This document shows, piece after piece, positions 38,604-52,284 of a stretch of DNA of 64,000 nt; within the stretch, counting starts at the first letter, position 1, and each line of letters starts with the position of its first letter. The notes under the pieces are model-generated. The model was not told where the DNA came from and ran no database searches. It saw only the letters and a list, made by a program, of their open reading frames with translations. This DNA comes from Mytilus edulis. Taxonomy: Eukaryota. Where the stretch lies: contig NC_092349.1 in NCBI RefSeq assembly GCF_963676685.1, forward strand, positions 63,390,924-63,454,923, given 5' to 3'. Position numbers and translations under genes: made by a program.

Positions 38604-41600
38604 GATCTGAAAATATCCATGATAAAAGTTATATTTGGCCTAAATTTATGTACAAAACAATGAAGGAAAAACAAATATAATGTAGAACAAACTAAAACCA
38701 CTGCTTGACTACCAGCTCCTGACTTCGGACAAGCACGTGTTGGATTCTTCAATGGTTGTCGTTAGTTGCTGTATATTGTATTTGATTATCATGTATTCAC
38801 CCTGTTGTATTGGTAACTTCTTGTGCTTCTTGTTTATAACATACAACAAAATTAATTTGAATATATAATTCTCAATCACACAGGTAAAAATGGTGGATGA
38901 CATTGTTGATTATAATAGAGTTAGTTCGGTAAGGGCAATATTTGACCCTGATTATAAAGTTCAATGTTACAAGACAAAAAATGTTTTAAGTTGACCTTAG
39001 AGACATGTGAGAAAGTTAAATAGAACTATTTTTGTCAAGGTTTAATTCTAACACGTTGATTTTTACATCCCAAAAAGGTTAAGATAAGAGATTTTGCTGA
39101 AAATCTGCTGGATTTCAACTAAATTAAGGACCAGGAAACATAGAGTGCAGGCGTTGACAAACTAAATATTCAAATAACACATGAAATGCATTATTTTAAA
39201 AGATCTTTGTTGTCGATGTATGAGCTCTATGTTTCCTGTCCGATAATCTATGGAAATTTGCCTATTTTGATTGGTTTTCGTGGAAATATAATATGAAAAC
39301 AACTTGTGACGTCATAATAAAACTCAGAAACGTAAATTTTCAACAAAATGGTTTATTTCTTATCTAATCACTGTCTTATCTATGATTTATTGTGATACTG
39401 CTCAATAAATCCAAACTTGAAATTTACGCTAAAAAAGGGGGCTATTTTAGGACCTTACCGAACCTACTCCTTTGAACAATAAGGCATTTTTTTTTACAAT
39501 GTATGGACATAGGTTACATACACATAACTCTGCATTTTATACTTAGTCATTAAATAGAATAACTAATAATTTAACCAAATACCTGTTGATTTTGTTATGA
39601 CAAAAGTTTAGTTCTCTATCACCATTTATTCAATGTCAACCAACCAGGAAGGTATTATGGACATGTCAATAACTGATTCAGCTAATTATTAAATATTTAA
39701 ATGACATAGAAAATAACTGACCCAAAAAATAAAAGTTCAAAATAAACTTTTGTCATAAAGACATCAGTGGGATTTCAATTTTCTATTAGAGAAAAATGGT
39801 GTATGCTATTAAACAGATCTTTATAACAATGTTTCTAAATACAGAAAAAAATCTTTTGGAAGAATCTGGATATATTTTGTCTCTCATCTTATTTGTATGA
39901 TAACAAAATATTTACTATTTTGTATTATAGTGTGATTTTGCTCTGATTTTAACCTTGTCTATATGTGGAATCAATGTTTTCTATGCAATAACATTTGTTT
40001 CATTTTAAGAATCATCCTATCAATACATATTTCAATGAGCTTCATTAATAAGACTAAATATTTTTTTGTTAAATGACTATATGTTCTATGATATACCGAA
40101 TCTAACCGTGTATTTAGATTCTTAATTTTGGTCCCGTTTTCAAATTGGTCTACATTAAGGTCCAAAGGGTCCAAAATTAAACTTAGTTTGATTTTAACAA
40201 AAATTGAATTATTGGGGTTCTTTGATATGCTGAATCTAAACATATACTTAGTGTTTTTATTATGGGCCCAGTTTCAAGTTGGTCCAAATCGAGGTCGAAA
40301 ATTAAATTAACTTCGTTTGATTTCAACAAAAATTCAATAAATGGGGTTCTTCAATATGCTTAATCTAACCATGTATTTAGATTTTTAATATTTAGGACTG
40401 GTTATCAAATTGGCTCACATTGAGGTCTAAAGGGTCCAAAATTGAACTTTATTTGATTTTATCAAACATTGAATTCTTGGGTTTTTTTGATTTGATGAAT
40501 CTAACCATGTATTTAGATTTTGGATATTGGAATACCACAAAGGGATGGTAAGAATTGTCTTTGGGAGTTATGGCTCAAACCGTTAAGGAATAAGGTACAA
40601 AAGGGGGGGGAGGGTTTCCAGGTTAATGGAGAATTACTTAAGTATAAAACATAATTTAAAAGCAGTATAAGGTTGGTAATTGAAACTCATTTTAATAGCT
40701 CACCTAAACTGCTCTTAAATTATGTATGTTGGAAATTTGCCAAAAGCTTTGTTATTAATAAATTCCATTGGAAATTTGCCAAAAACTTAAGTTTAATGAA
40801 CTTTATTGAAAATTTGCCAATATAAAATGTTGCATTGGAGTTATCTTTTTTTGTCCAGAATAGTAGTCAAATCAATTTAAATCATGACTGTATGACATTT
40901 TATATTTTATGATGTATTTAAATGAGTAGTTATTGTTGAAAACTCCATAAGAAATTTAAATTGAGATCATTTTTGGAATTAGGGAAAGGGGGAAGTGAAA
41001 AAAAATTGGTGGGGTTCAAATTTTTCTATTTCAGATTTCAGAAATGAAAAAAAGAAAATTTCTTCAAATATCAAAGGATTAATAATCAACAGCTTAGTGA
41101 ATTGCTCAAAAGCAAAAAAAAAAAAAACATTTTAAGTTCAATAGACCAAATTCATTCTGTGTCAGAAACCGATGCTGTGTCATCTTTTTAATCACAATCC
41201 AAATTAAGAGCTGTATCCAGTTTGAATGTTGTGTCCATACTAGCCCCAACTGTTCAGGGTTCGACCTCTGCGGTCGTATAATGCTGCGGAGCATCTGGCT
41301 TGATTGGCTATCGTAGAGTGTTCCTGATAACCACTATTGAATTGGACAATTTGCAATGGGAATCATCATTTGTATGAACTGACTATAATTGGTATGCCGC
41401 TTTTCGTTTACAAAAGAATGAGCTTCATATTTTGAGCAAGCAACAAACTAGCAAATAATAAATCAACCAAGCGAATTTGACCCACAATAAACCAAGGTTG
41501 ACTACATTTTTGCGTTTTACTTTTAATACTAGTTTTAGATACCTCTTTTGCTGAACTGTTGTTTGCCGAAGGTATCAACAATACCTATCCTTCCTTGGTC

Positions 41601-42025
41601 ATGGTTTTACGAAATATATTTTTATAGAGAAAGTAACTCTAGATTGTTGATTATACTGTTATTCGTTCTTGCTTGTTTCTGGTTATACAGACATCCGATT
41701 CCTTTTCCTAGATTAACTTTACTTTTGGTACTTTTTTTTGTTTTATCGGCTCTTCAACGTTCAATAATAATTGTATACAGTTATTGCATGAAGTTCGAAC
41801 TTGCATGTTTGTTACGTAGGTACGTCACTTTGTGATGTCCTGCAGTTATATTTCTGTCGTTGATAAAAGATGTTCGATGTTGTTCTGTGGTTTGCATGAT
41901 TATATACTGTATATATTGTGTGTTTGTGTTGTTTGTCACATGAACTGTAGAACGACGCTAGATTAAAACTGACGTGGAAATGTAACACCCCGTCACCGAA
42001 AGCTTCATTTTATGAAGCCCATGTG

Positions 42026-42112
42026 GTCGTGTGGTCTAGTGGAACGGCTACAATGCAGGCGATTTGGTGTCACGACATCTTAGTAGCATGGGTTCGAATC
42101 CCGGCGAGGGAA
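42026..42112 (+). ncRNA. tRNA-Glu-like pol III element (box A TGGTCTAGTGG, box B GGTTCGAATCC). Degenerate tRNA pseudogene, SINE head or other small pol III RNA.
   Basis: The D-arm (GTGGTCTAGTGG) and the 3' end (GGTTCGAATCCCGG-CGAGGGAA) closely resemble tRNA-Glu. The 5' acceptor half does not pair with the 3' half, and the box A to box B spacing is about 48 nt, too long for a canonical tRNA. The first T4 run downstream is at about 42153. Confidence 0.4.
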
Positions 42113-44088
42113 GAACAAAAACAATTGCGAAAGCAAGTTTAAAGATCTAACATTTTGGGTTGATGTTTAGACGAGTTGTATATTATATTAACTTTATTAT
42201 ATTTATTACAATAACTTAATTATTGTATTAACTTTGGCATACAAGCAGTAGGTTTGGCTAGACATGCAACTAGATTTAACCCACTTTTTTCTTGAAATGT
42301 CCCATACCAGGTCAGAAATATGGCAATTGTTATTTAAAAATAGTTCGTTTCTATGTATCTTGGCGTTTGTTTTTGTTGCACTGGAGTGTTTTAGCTCTTT
42401 TGGCTTCCTCTTATAGCTGATGTGTTTCCTAGGTTTTAGATTGTTACCCGGATTTGTCTTATCTCAATCGAGTTGTGACTTTTGAACGGTATACTACTGT
42501 TGCCTTTATTTTTTTTTAAAAGGTTTTCGACTTTCTAATATTTTGGTCTCGAGCATCATTGAAGAAACTTAACTGTCTAAATACGAGCATCTGGTAAATT
42601 AAAATTGGAACCATTAATGTTACTACAACTGGCTCGATACCTCTGCTGGTGGACCATAATGCCATAAAATTATCCCCAATTTAGTTTTCATAACTTCTGT
42701 ATTAGCCTGAACTTACGGATATTCTTCTACTAAATTTTACAGTTTTTCGCTTTTCGAAATCATTATAAAATCAGGAATGTTTCTTGTGTGGGTTTGTGTA
42801 TACTGTTTGTTCATTTTTTGTGTTATCGAACAAGCAACCTTGGTATTAAGTTTTGAATTTTTAAAAGTTATAGTTTTGGCCTCGGGCATCACTTAGAGAC
42901 ATGTACTGTTGAAATTCGTATCTTAAGCAATATAATTGATACCCTTTATGTTGTTACTACCAATGTTTTTATTATTTCATGTTTGCCGGTCGAACGTTAG
43001 AATTACTGTTCATCCAATCATGGACACTCGTACATTATGTTTAATCCGAACGATTAGCAAAGGAAACAAGACGTTGTCCAAAGTTTTAATACTTGTCTCA
43101 TTATGGTTATTTTTACATGACACATGTATTTCTACCAAACTTTAATAGTTTCATCGTGCATGATAACACTTTTTCGAAGCACGTTTTTTAACTATCATTT
43201 GTTCTTTATTTTGTAAAATCTCATCACGGCATGTAATCATATTCGAGGATCATAGACCTGCAGAGTCAACGGCGACGCCTTATACATTCCATTATGTTAT
43301 CACTTGAGTGGTATGAATTCATTATTGAACGTAAAAGATGTAAATGAATAACAAATTCCACATTATAAAATTATGAATTCATGATATTTCATTTCATTGC
43401 TAATATGTTTTTGTAACGTTTGTGAATTTTGCACCAAAACAAACGTTCCAGAGAATTTGCCGAATAATTAAGACCTTGTTTGGAAGGGTTTATATTTCGT
43501 GTTCCCACTATGCCAGTGACAAACGCGACAAGATAAATTATTAATAAAAAATTTATTGTTAAATAACATATTCCAACATAACTCATGGACATTGATCTCT
43601 GAAAAAATGAGTAATACACAATGGTGTGATAAAGAAAATTATAAAATACAAAAGAAATGTATTGCACATATACTAAATTTTGATAAATTAGTGTATAAAA
43701 GGTTATCATAGATTAAATACCTTAATACATGGTAACAAACAAACCCTATCAAATATACAGAACGTACATATTCAACAACTTTTAAAGTATACAAAACATT
43801 TTACACTCTGACGCTATTCCCTTCACATCTAAACAATAAACAACTGTGCACGCCTCTATCACACTAGGTATCAAAGTCTATAAAGTGTATACAACGTCAT
43901 CAGAAAATAATAACAATAAATACACAAAAATATACTATGGTATACTTCAATTGTTAATAATGCTAGTAACAATAAGATGTTACTTTCTCAACTGGTCATT
44001 TTTTTCCAAAACAAAGTACTCACTCCACATTGTTTCGCAAGCACAAAAGTCAATAACTAATGTTAAGAAGAAAAGCACATTCCAATAT

Positions 44089-44433
44089 TTATTCATAACA
44101 ATCATCGTCGTCGTCATGGCGTTTCCCCCTCTTTGCTGGCATCATACCTCCAATCAATCCATTAGCTGTATTAAACAGATTAATTGGTGTGCTACCGTCC
44201 GTGATGAGGGTTGATTTCAGGCCGAGGGACTGCAACATACGGACCTGTTGGTCTGGTCCAGCTGAAGCCATGGTTGCTAAGGTATTTGCTCCAATAGCAT
44301 CCACCATGTTCTTGAACTTTGTTGTTTCGATGGCTGACATTTCTCTAGATTTGCTTAGTTCCATTTCATCTTGTTCTCGAACATATTTTAATTCTGCCTC
44401 TCTGGCTTGTGTAAGTCTTTCCAATTCAGATTC
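44089..44433 (-). CDS. MVP: MVP paralog B exon 13 incl. stop
   Basis: Acceptor cttattttag. [114 protein letters not shown]. Track ORF 44089..44424. AATAAA overlaps the stop. Confidence 0.9.
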   Translation of the reverse strand, partial: ESELERLTQAREAELKYVREQDEMELSKSREMSAIETTKFKNMVDAIGANTLATMASAGPDQQVRMLQSLGLKSTLITDGSTPINLFNTANGLIGGMMPAKRGKRHDDDDDCYE

Positions 44434-44807
44434 CTAAAATAAGATTTAAAATATTTTACCAACATTATCTACAATAATACAACATATCAGCTAAGTTGAG
44501 TTCTATAAATAGATAGCATATAATTTTGGTGAAACATACCATTATATGTCAACACCGTAAAGATAATTTCAGATAATAACAGGATAAAAACAGAAACATG
44601 GGACACATACAAACTTGGAAACAGCATCATTTAAAATTCTACGATATACTGAAATTATTTCAAATATTCTTCGAGTGCGAGCAATTCTACACACCTTTAT
44701 CAAATGCAAACAGTGAAATGGTAAAAAAGCAAGGTTAAAGCATATGACCTATAAACCACTTATGCCATCAAATTTCATTGAAAAATTACATAAACCCTGC
44801 TACTTAC

Positions 44808-45051
44808 TGATTCAATCTTCATGGCTTGTGATTTTAGTTTAGCTTGGTCTACAGCTGCCTCGCCTTCAATCCTTGAGGCTTCAGCTCGGGACTGTGCCTC
44901 TGCCTTAGCCTGGCCAGTACTTTCTACTGCAGCACTGTTTGCTTGTAATTCTAACAATTGTTTCCTGGATTTTTCAGCCTCTGCTTCATCTGAAATCTTC
45001 TGTCTTTCTAATCTTCCTTTAGCTTCTTGTTCTAATCTCTCTGCTTCATGT
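44808..45051 (-). CDS. MVP: MVP paralog B exon 12
   Basis: Acceptor ccattctag. (R)[81 protein letters not shown], donor tca|gtaagt. Track ORF 44775..45104. 244 nt as in A. Confidence 0.9.
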
Positions 45052-45313
45052 CTAGAATGGGAAAACAAACGTTGATTAACAATGATGAACTTAATCTGAA
45101 TCAATCAACATTTCATATGCCTTTGTGTCACTTACCATGCTTGTACGACATGGTTAATGCATATGATTGTATTGATCAAATATGGTTCAGCTTCTTGCGA
45201 GTTAGTCGTGACTAAATACCCTGGTTTGCAAAATTAACTACATTGAAGCGGCTTCCTCTGAGTTAAATGTGCATTCGATGGCTAGCAGTAAAGATTTCTA
45301 TAGAGTAACTCAC

Positions 45314-45525
45314 CTTGCAGTAGCTTCTTGTGAGTTTGTGGTAATTTCAATGGCCAGCTGTACAGATTTTTGTAAGGCATCTCTTGTTCTCTGATCTACA
45401 GGCTCAACAGATTGAATATCAATACTGGTGAATACCAAATTGTTTTGTGGAAATCTGAAAGTCCCTCGAACTTTTCCTTTCTCATCAAAACCAAATACTG
45501 ATGATCTGATGATTCTTGCCGAATT
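45314..45525 (-). CDS. MVP: MVP paralog B exon 11
   Basis: Acceptor cattttag. [70 protein letters not shown] + ag|gtgagt. Hand-translated. 212 nt as in A. Confidence 0.85.
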
Positions 45526-45780
45526 CTAAAATGAAAGATTGTCTATCTTTTAGCTGACTTTTTTTATATTTCTACGTTTTCACAAATACATGGCTTTTAA
45601 ACATTTTGAAGATGAAGGTAAATCCAGAAAAGCGATTAGAACACACCAAATTTATAAAGTCAAAAACTGATGCATTTAAGAAAAGGTTTCAGGTTTCCAT
45701 CATCTTTGGGTTAGTGTATGCCCTCACTCGAATTTCATATCTTTAAACCAAACTATTTCCTGTATAAAGATAATGCTAAC

Positions 45781-46123
45781 CTTATGGAAGTCATCAAACT
45801 GTACTTGTGCCACGGCCCCTCTGACTCGGGAAGCTATAGCCTTGCAGGCATCTCCAATGAAATCTGGTACACTGAAAATCTTAGCAGCCTCGACTTTATC
45901 CTCTTTGCTTTCAATTTCAAAGTGCCAGTTGTACGACAGCTGTAAAGACAGTCTTGCATGGTCAGATGTTTCTACTGTAATGATGTCAGTACTGAAGTCT
46001 GGTCCCAGAAACAAACATAGTGATTTAATGACATTGTTTTTCTTTGGTTTGCCACCAGAAAGGCTAAGCTTTGTAAATTGTTCATCAGGACCTAATAAAA
46101 CCAACTCGGGACCAAAAACAACT
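45781..46123 (-). CDS. MVP: MVP paralog B exon 10
   Basis: Acceptor ctttacag. (R)[114 protein letters not shown], donor aag|gttagc. Track ORF 45724..46104. Confidence 0.9.
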
Positions 46124-46359
46124 CTGTAAAGAAAAGCAAAATTGAAGATAAGTTAAGATTTTATCACATGATTTACATATTAGTATCTTGTTAGTACATT
46201 GTATTGCTCTAATAAACAGACTTATCAAACCCCTTTCACCAATTGAAATAAGGTACAATTAAGAACAGTATTATGATGACATTATCAATTCTAAACATAA
46301 AACTTAACGCTTAAATTAAATCTCACTTTAAGTACCAATAACACATTTTATCAATATAC

Positions 46360-46601
46360 CTTGCTTTCTTTTCTTTATAATCGTAAATCTGTACAGCAGC
46401 ATTGTGTGGAACTCGGAAAGTGATCACACGTGTTTTGTCACGTGGTTTAGCAGCCTCACTTCCTGGTTTTGGTCCTCTCTCACCAAAGGCCTGTGGGTTT
46501 TTAGCCTCAGCCAGGAGAGTCTCGACTGCAGGAGGAAGTTCTTTAGCCCATAGTTCCTCATCCTGATTTAACATGTATGTCTCTCCAGTTACAGCTCTGA
46601 C
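46360..46601 (-). CDS. MVP: MVP paralog B exon 9
   Basis: Acceptor cattttag. [80 protein letters not shown] + ag|gtatat. Track ORF 46323..46574. 242 nt versus 239 in A. Confidence 0.9.
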
Positions 46602-46855
46602 CTAAAATGTGTATTTTAAAATATTTGATATCACAAGGTAACAAATATATATGTTCAATTCACAACTCTATTCAGTTAATATATTCTTATAGATCACCGA
46701 AAATTACATTTGATGTGTTAAATGAATTTGCATTTTACACAAAGATGTTTGATAGAATTTCATTACATAATATGAGACTATCAACTGACTGACATCTTTA
46801 AGAAAAATACACATGTATATGATTATTTGTGGAAAATAGAAACTGTATGACATAC

Positions 46856-47005
46856 CTTTCCAGTTTTAATACATCTGACATAGATACCCTCATTTTCATC
46901 TAGTGGTAGTGCAGTTCTCTTCATGGTCACCTCAACCTCCACTGGTGGAACGTATTCTGCTGGTCCCCGAATCATCCATTTATCTCCTGGTTTTCGTTCT
47001 ATCTT
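46856..47005 (-). CDS. MVP: MVP paralog B exon 8 (no micro-exon 7 equivalent located)
   Basis: Acceptor ttatttccag. [50 protein letters not shown], donor aag|gtatgt. Track ORF 46823..47062. Confidence 0.9.
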
Positions 47006-47504
47006 CTGGAAATAAAAGAACATGTCAATAGAAATATTATCGTGTAAAACAAAGCAAAACAATCATATCAATAGTAATTTGGATTTCATACCAAAGACAC
47101 CTTCAATAGGAAATAATTGTCAAACTGTTTTAAACAGGTGGAACTAGTTTGCATTTTACATTTACCACAGATAAAAGGGTTCCCAGAATAACTATTAACC
47201 TGAAATGTTTGAGCAAAAACAGTATCATTCAGGCTTACATAAAGGTCATTTTTATAAATTTCCTGTTTACAAAATTTTGAATTTTTCAAAAAACTAAGGA
47301 TTTTCTTATCCCAGGCATAGATTACCTTAGCCGTATTTGGCATAACTTTTCGAATTTTTGATCCTCAATGCTCTTCAACTTTGTACTTGTTTGGCTTTAT
47401 AAATATTTTGATATGAGCGTCACTGATGAGTCTTATGTAACCGAAACGCGCGTCTGGCGTACTAAATTATAATCCTGGTACCTTTGATAACTATTTGCAA
47501 TAAC

Positions 47505-47650
47505 AGTATGACAACCAGGTGCTCCGCAGGGCGCAGCTTTATACGACCGCAGAGGTCGATCCCTGAACAGTTGGGGCAGGTATGGACAAAAAATTTAAGC
47601 GTGATACAGCTCTGAATTTGGATTGTGATCAAATTTTTGACATTATATGG
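47505..47650 (+). mobile_element. SINE-like about 180-bp element (ccagatgctccgcagggcg.agctttatacgaccgcagaggttgaaccctgaacagttggggcaagtatggacac...) with a box-B-like GGTTGAACCC. Copies are at 48555-48720(+), 52315-52500(+), 1741-1925(-), 25043-25210(-), 36690-36865(-) and 41140-41300(-).
   Basis: Seven copies at about 85-95% identity in both orientations. Three (36690, 41140, 48555) are fused to an about 250-bp A-rich module (..atgatgtatttaaatgag..attcaacagcatagtgaattgctcaaaag), giving a composite about 450-bp element (36440-36865, 40890-41300, 48555-48960). Confidence 0.6.
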
Positions 47651-50600
47651 GTTTTTTACACAAAACAAATGTCAAGCCATTCCATCATCATCATCATCTC
47701 AATTCAAATTTTAAATGGACTTTGCAACCATAAACACTCATTTAAATACATCAGAAAATTATAAAAATAGAAAATGACATGATAGTCATGTCTGGCAAAT
47801 TTCCAACATACATTATCTAAAAACATTTTAGAAAAGATAAGGGAAAAAAGCTTCATCAGCAACATTTTATATTGGCAAATTTCCAATGAAGTTATTTACA
47901 TAAAGTTATTGGCAAATAAAAATAGAAAATGACATCATAGTCATATCTGGCAAATTTCCAACATATATTATCTAAAAATATTTTAGATAAGATAAGGAAA
48001 AAAAAACTTCATTAGCAACATTTTATATTGGCAAATTTCCAATGAAGTTATTTACATAAAGTTATAGGCAAATAAAAATAGAAAATGACATCATAGTCAT
48101 GTCTGGCAAATGTCCAACATACATTATCTAAAAACATTTTAGATAAGATAAGGAAAAAAAGCTTCATCAGCAACATTTTATATTGGCAAATTTCCAATGA
48201 AGTTATTTACATAAAGTTATTGGCAAATTTCCAACATATATTATCAACTACTACTCTATACAAAGAAAGATAACTCCAATTGAAAATTAATTGCTATTAC
48301 ACAATATTGTGCAATTAGATATTTCTTGCTATTGTGCAATACTGTGCAATTGAAAATTTCTTGCTATTGCACAATACTTGATATGGAATCCTGATTTGGA
48401 CCAACTTGAAAACTGGACCCATAATCAAAAATCAAAGTACATGTTTAGATAAAGCATATCAAATAAGCCAAAGAATTTAATTTTTGTTAAAATCAAACTT
48501 AGTTTAATTTTGGACCCCCATTTGGACCAACTTGAAAACTAGGCCAATAATTAACCAGATGCTCCGCAGGGCGTAGCTTTATACGACCGCAGAGGTTGAA
48601 CCCTGAACGGTTGGGGCAAGTATGGACACAACATTCAAGCTGGATTCAGCTCTAAATTTGGATTGTGATTAAATAGTTGACACAGCATAGGTTTCTGACA
48701 CAGAATGAATGTGTTCTAATGAACTTAAAATTTTTGTTTTCTCTTAGAGCAATTCACTATGCTGTTGAATATTAATCCTCTCAAAAAAATGTTTGAAGAA
48801 ATTTTCTTTTTTATTTATGAAATTTCAAATGAGAAAAATTGAACCCAATTTTTTTAATCACATCCCCCTTTCCTTTATTCCAAAACTAATCTCAATTAAA
48901 ATTTCTAATGGAGTTTGCAACAATAACTACTCATTTAAATACATCATAAAATATTAAGATGTAAAAAAACTGCTTGTTATCACTGAATGGTAAAGATTAT
49001 TTTAATTTATCAGTTGGTAGTAAAAAGTGAATATACATTGTATATTGTATATAACAAAGATTTAAGTTGATTCTGGACAAAGAAAGATAACTCCAATTAA
49101 AAAAAATCTTGCTATTGCACAATATTTTGCAATTAGATATTTCTTGCTTACTATTCTGGACAAAGAAAGATAACTCTAATTAAAAAAAAAATTTGCTATT
49201 TCACAATATTGTGCAATTAAATATTTCTTGCCATTGCGCAATACTGTGCAATTGAAAAGACTTGCTATTGCACAATACTTAATATAATAATTTTAGATCC
49301 TGATTTGGACCAACTTGAAAAGTGGGCCCATAATAAAAAATCTAAGAACATTTTTGGATTCAGCATATCAAAGAACCCCAAGATTTCAATTTTTGTTAAA
49401 ATCAGACTAAGTTTAATTTTGGACCCTTTGGACTTGATGGTAGACCAATTTGAAAACAGCACCAAAAATGAAGAATCTACATACACAGTAAGATTTGGTA
49501 TATCAAAGAACCCCATTTATTCAATTTTTGATGAAATCAAACAAAGTTTAATTTTGGACCCCGATTTGGACCAACTTGAAAACTGGGCCAATAATCAAGA
49601 ATCTAAGTACATTTTTAGATTCAGCATATCAAAGAACCTAACTGATTCATTTTTTGTCAAAATCAAACTAAGTTTAATTTTGGACCCTTTGGACCTTAAT
49701 GTAGACCAATTTGAAAACGGGACCAAAAGTTAAGAATCTACATACACAGTCATGACAGTTAGATTCGGCATATCAAAGAACCCCAATTATTCAATTTTGA
49801 TGAAATCAAACAAAGTTTAATTTTGGACCCTTTGGGCCCCTTATTCTGTTGGGACCAAAACTCCCAAAATCAATACAAACCTTCCTTTTATGGTCATAAA
49901 CCTTGTGTTTAAATTTCATAGATTTCTATTTACTTAAACTAAAGTTATTGTGCGAAAACCATGAATAATGCTTATTTGGGCCCTTTTTTGGCCCCTAATT
50001 CCTAAACTGTTGAAACCAAAACTCCCAAAATCAATCCCAACCGTTCTTTTGTGGTCATAAACCTTGTGTCAAAATTTCATAGATTTCTATTAACTTAAAC
50101 TAAAGTTATAGTGCGAAAACAAAGAAAATGCTTATTTGGGCCCTTTTTGGCCCCTAATTCCTAAAATGTTGGGACCAAAACTCCCAAAATCAATACCAAC
50201 CTTCCTTTTGTGGTCATAAACCTTGTGTTAAAATTTCATAGATTTCCATTCACTTTTACTAAAGTTAGAGTGCGAAAAGTTTTTCAAATTTTGCGGTCGT
50301 ATAAAAATCTAAGTACATTTTTAAATTCAGCATATCAAAGAACCCCAAGGATTCAATTTTTGTTAAAATCAAACTAAGTTTAATTTTGGACCCTTTGGAC
50401 CTTAATGTAGACCAATTTGAAAACGGGACCAAAAATTAAGAATCTACATACATAGTTAGATTCGGCATATCAAAGAACCCCAATTATTCAATTTTTGATG
50501 AAATCACACAAAGTTCAATTTTGGACCCTTTGGGCCCCTTATTCCTAAACTGTTGGAACCAAAACTCCCAAAATCAAACCCAACCTTCCTTTTGTGGTCA

Positions 50601-51445
50601 TAAACCTTGTGTTAAAATTTCATAGATTTCCATTCACTTTTACTAAAGTTAGAGTGCGAAAAGTTTTTCAAATTTTGCGGTCGTATAAAAATCTAAGTAC
50701 ATTTTTAAATTCAGCATATCAAAGAACCCCAAGGATTCAATTTTTGTTAAAATCAAACTAAGTTTAATTTTGGACCCTTTGGACCTTAATGTAGACCAAT
50801 TTGAAAACGGGACCAAAAATTAAGAATCTACATACATAGTTAGATTCGGCATATCAAAGAACCCCAATTATTCAATTTTTGATGAAATCACACAAAGTTC
50901 AATTTTGGACCCTTTGGGCCCCTTATTCCTAAACTGTTGGAACCAAAACTCCCAAAATCAAACCCAACCTTCCTTTTATGGTCATAAACCTTGTGTTTAA
51001 ATTTCATAGATTTCTATTTACTTATACTAAAGTTATGGTGCCAAAAATAATGCTTATTTGGGCCCCTTTTTGGCCCCTAATTCATAAACTGTTGTGACCT
51101 CAACTCCAAAAATCAATCCCAAGATTTTGGGAGTTTTGGTCCCAACATTTTAGGAATTTGGGGCCATATTCATTGATTTCTATTCACTTTTACTAAAGTT
51201 AGAGTGCGAAAACTAAAAGTATTCGGACGACGACGACGCAGGACGACGACGACGACGCCAACGTGATAGCAGTATACGACCAAAAAATTAAAATTTTTGC
51301 GGTCGTATAAAAAGCATAGGCCATTTTCTGTGTTAACTTAAAATAATTTTGTTGAACAGTTTTGATATAGATACAGACATCCAATCATAAAACAAAAAGA
51401 AAACACGTGATATAAATACTTAATAGTGTTCACAGTTCAACTTAC

Positions 51446-51571
51446 AGCATCTTTATCAATGAATGATTCTGTTGCTCGTAGAATAACACCTTCATCTTCT
51501 CCCAGTACATAGACATTCTGGATTCCTCTCTCAAATCGTTCTCCGGGTAACAAAAAGAAGGAACACTCACC
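51446..51571 (-). CDS. MVP: MVP paralog B exon 6
   Basis: Acceptor tttttatag. [42 protein letters not shown], donor gct|gtaagt. 126 nt. Confidence 0.85.
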
Positions 51572-52173
51572 CTATAAAAATACAATTATATAAAATGAGA
51601 ATAATTATATACTCGGGGAATAAGAAAGATGCCTTCAATGAAAACGTTAAAGTTAAGTTAAAGATCAGCTTTCAGCTGTTGAGTTGTATTGACATTGAGA
51701 GAAAAAAGAATGTTTTCTGTAAAATACACAATGTAAAGAATTCTGATCCGAACGCCGACTTATTAATTGACATTTCACCGTTTCAGAATCTAATGCACCC
51801 TGAGTAATATTTTCCAAAGTGTACGCCAGAAACGTCGTGATTGGTTAAAAATGTCATTAACAATGGAAATTCAACCAATGACGTGACGCTATTTTCATTT
51901 TGGGTACGAACAATGAAATTACCCATGATTCTTTAGATTTTGAAACGGCCAATTACTAAGTACTCTTTTAGAGATGGTGCAATAGGAAATACACCGTACA
52001 TATGACATAATAACAGGGCGTTTTCGTCACTGTTCAAAATACTTTATTCACATAAGCTTGTTGCATGCCAATTTATTAATATAAACTTGGTATATACTAT
52101 GCAACAGCATACATTGATGAAACTTAGTTATACAGAATATTATCTATGCTAATTCATCTAACATTGTATTTAC

Positions 52174-52284
52174 CTTAACTAATTTCTTTCTACCCAGCTG
52201 AAGTCTGCCATGTTCATCGGAAGGGTCAAGAATGATACAATATTGTCTTGAGGTAAGTGTGGTGATGTTGATGACTCCAACAAC
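52174..52284 (-). CDS. MVP: MVP paralog B exon 5
   Basis: Acceptor gatttcag. [37 protein letters not shown], donor aag|gtaaat. 111 nt. Confidence 0.85.

Noticed and set aside
42018-42112. Functional tRNA-Glu gene
   Set aside because: The 5' acceptor strand (..ggtcgtg) cannot pair with the 3' strand (cgaggga), and the D-loop to T-loop distance is about 15 nt too long. It is kept only as a tRNA-like or pol III element.
49305-49733. 142-aa ORF and similar ORFs (8188..8812, 35547..36104, 52758..52976, 40128..40310) with repetitive peptides (..SKYIFRFSISKNPK..)
   Set aside because: They lie entirely inside S1/S2 satellite arrays. The periodic peptide just mirrors the DNA repeat. These are not genes.
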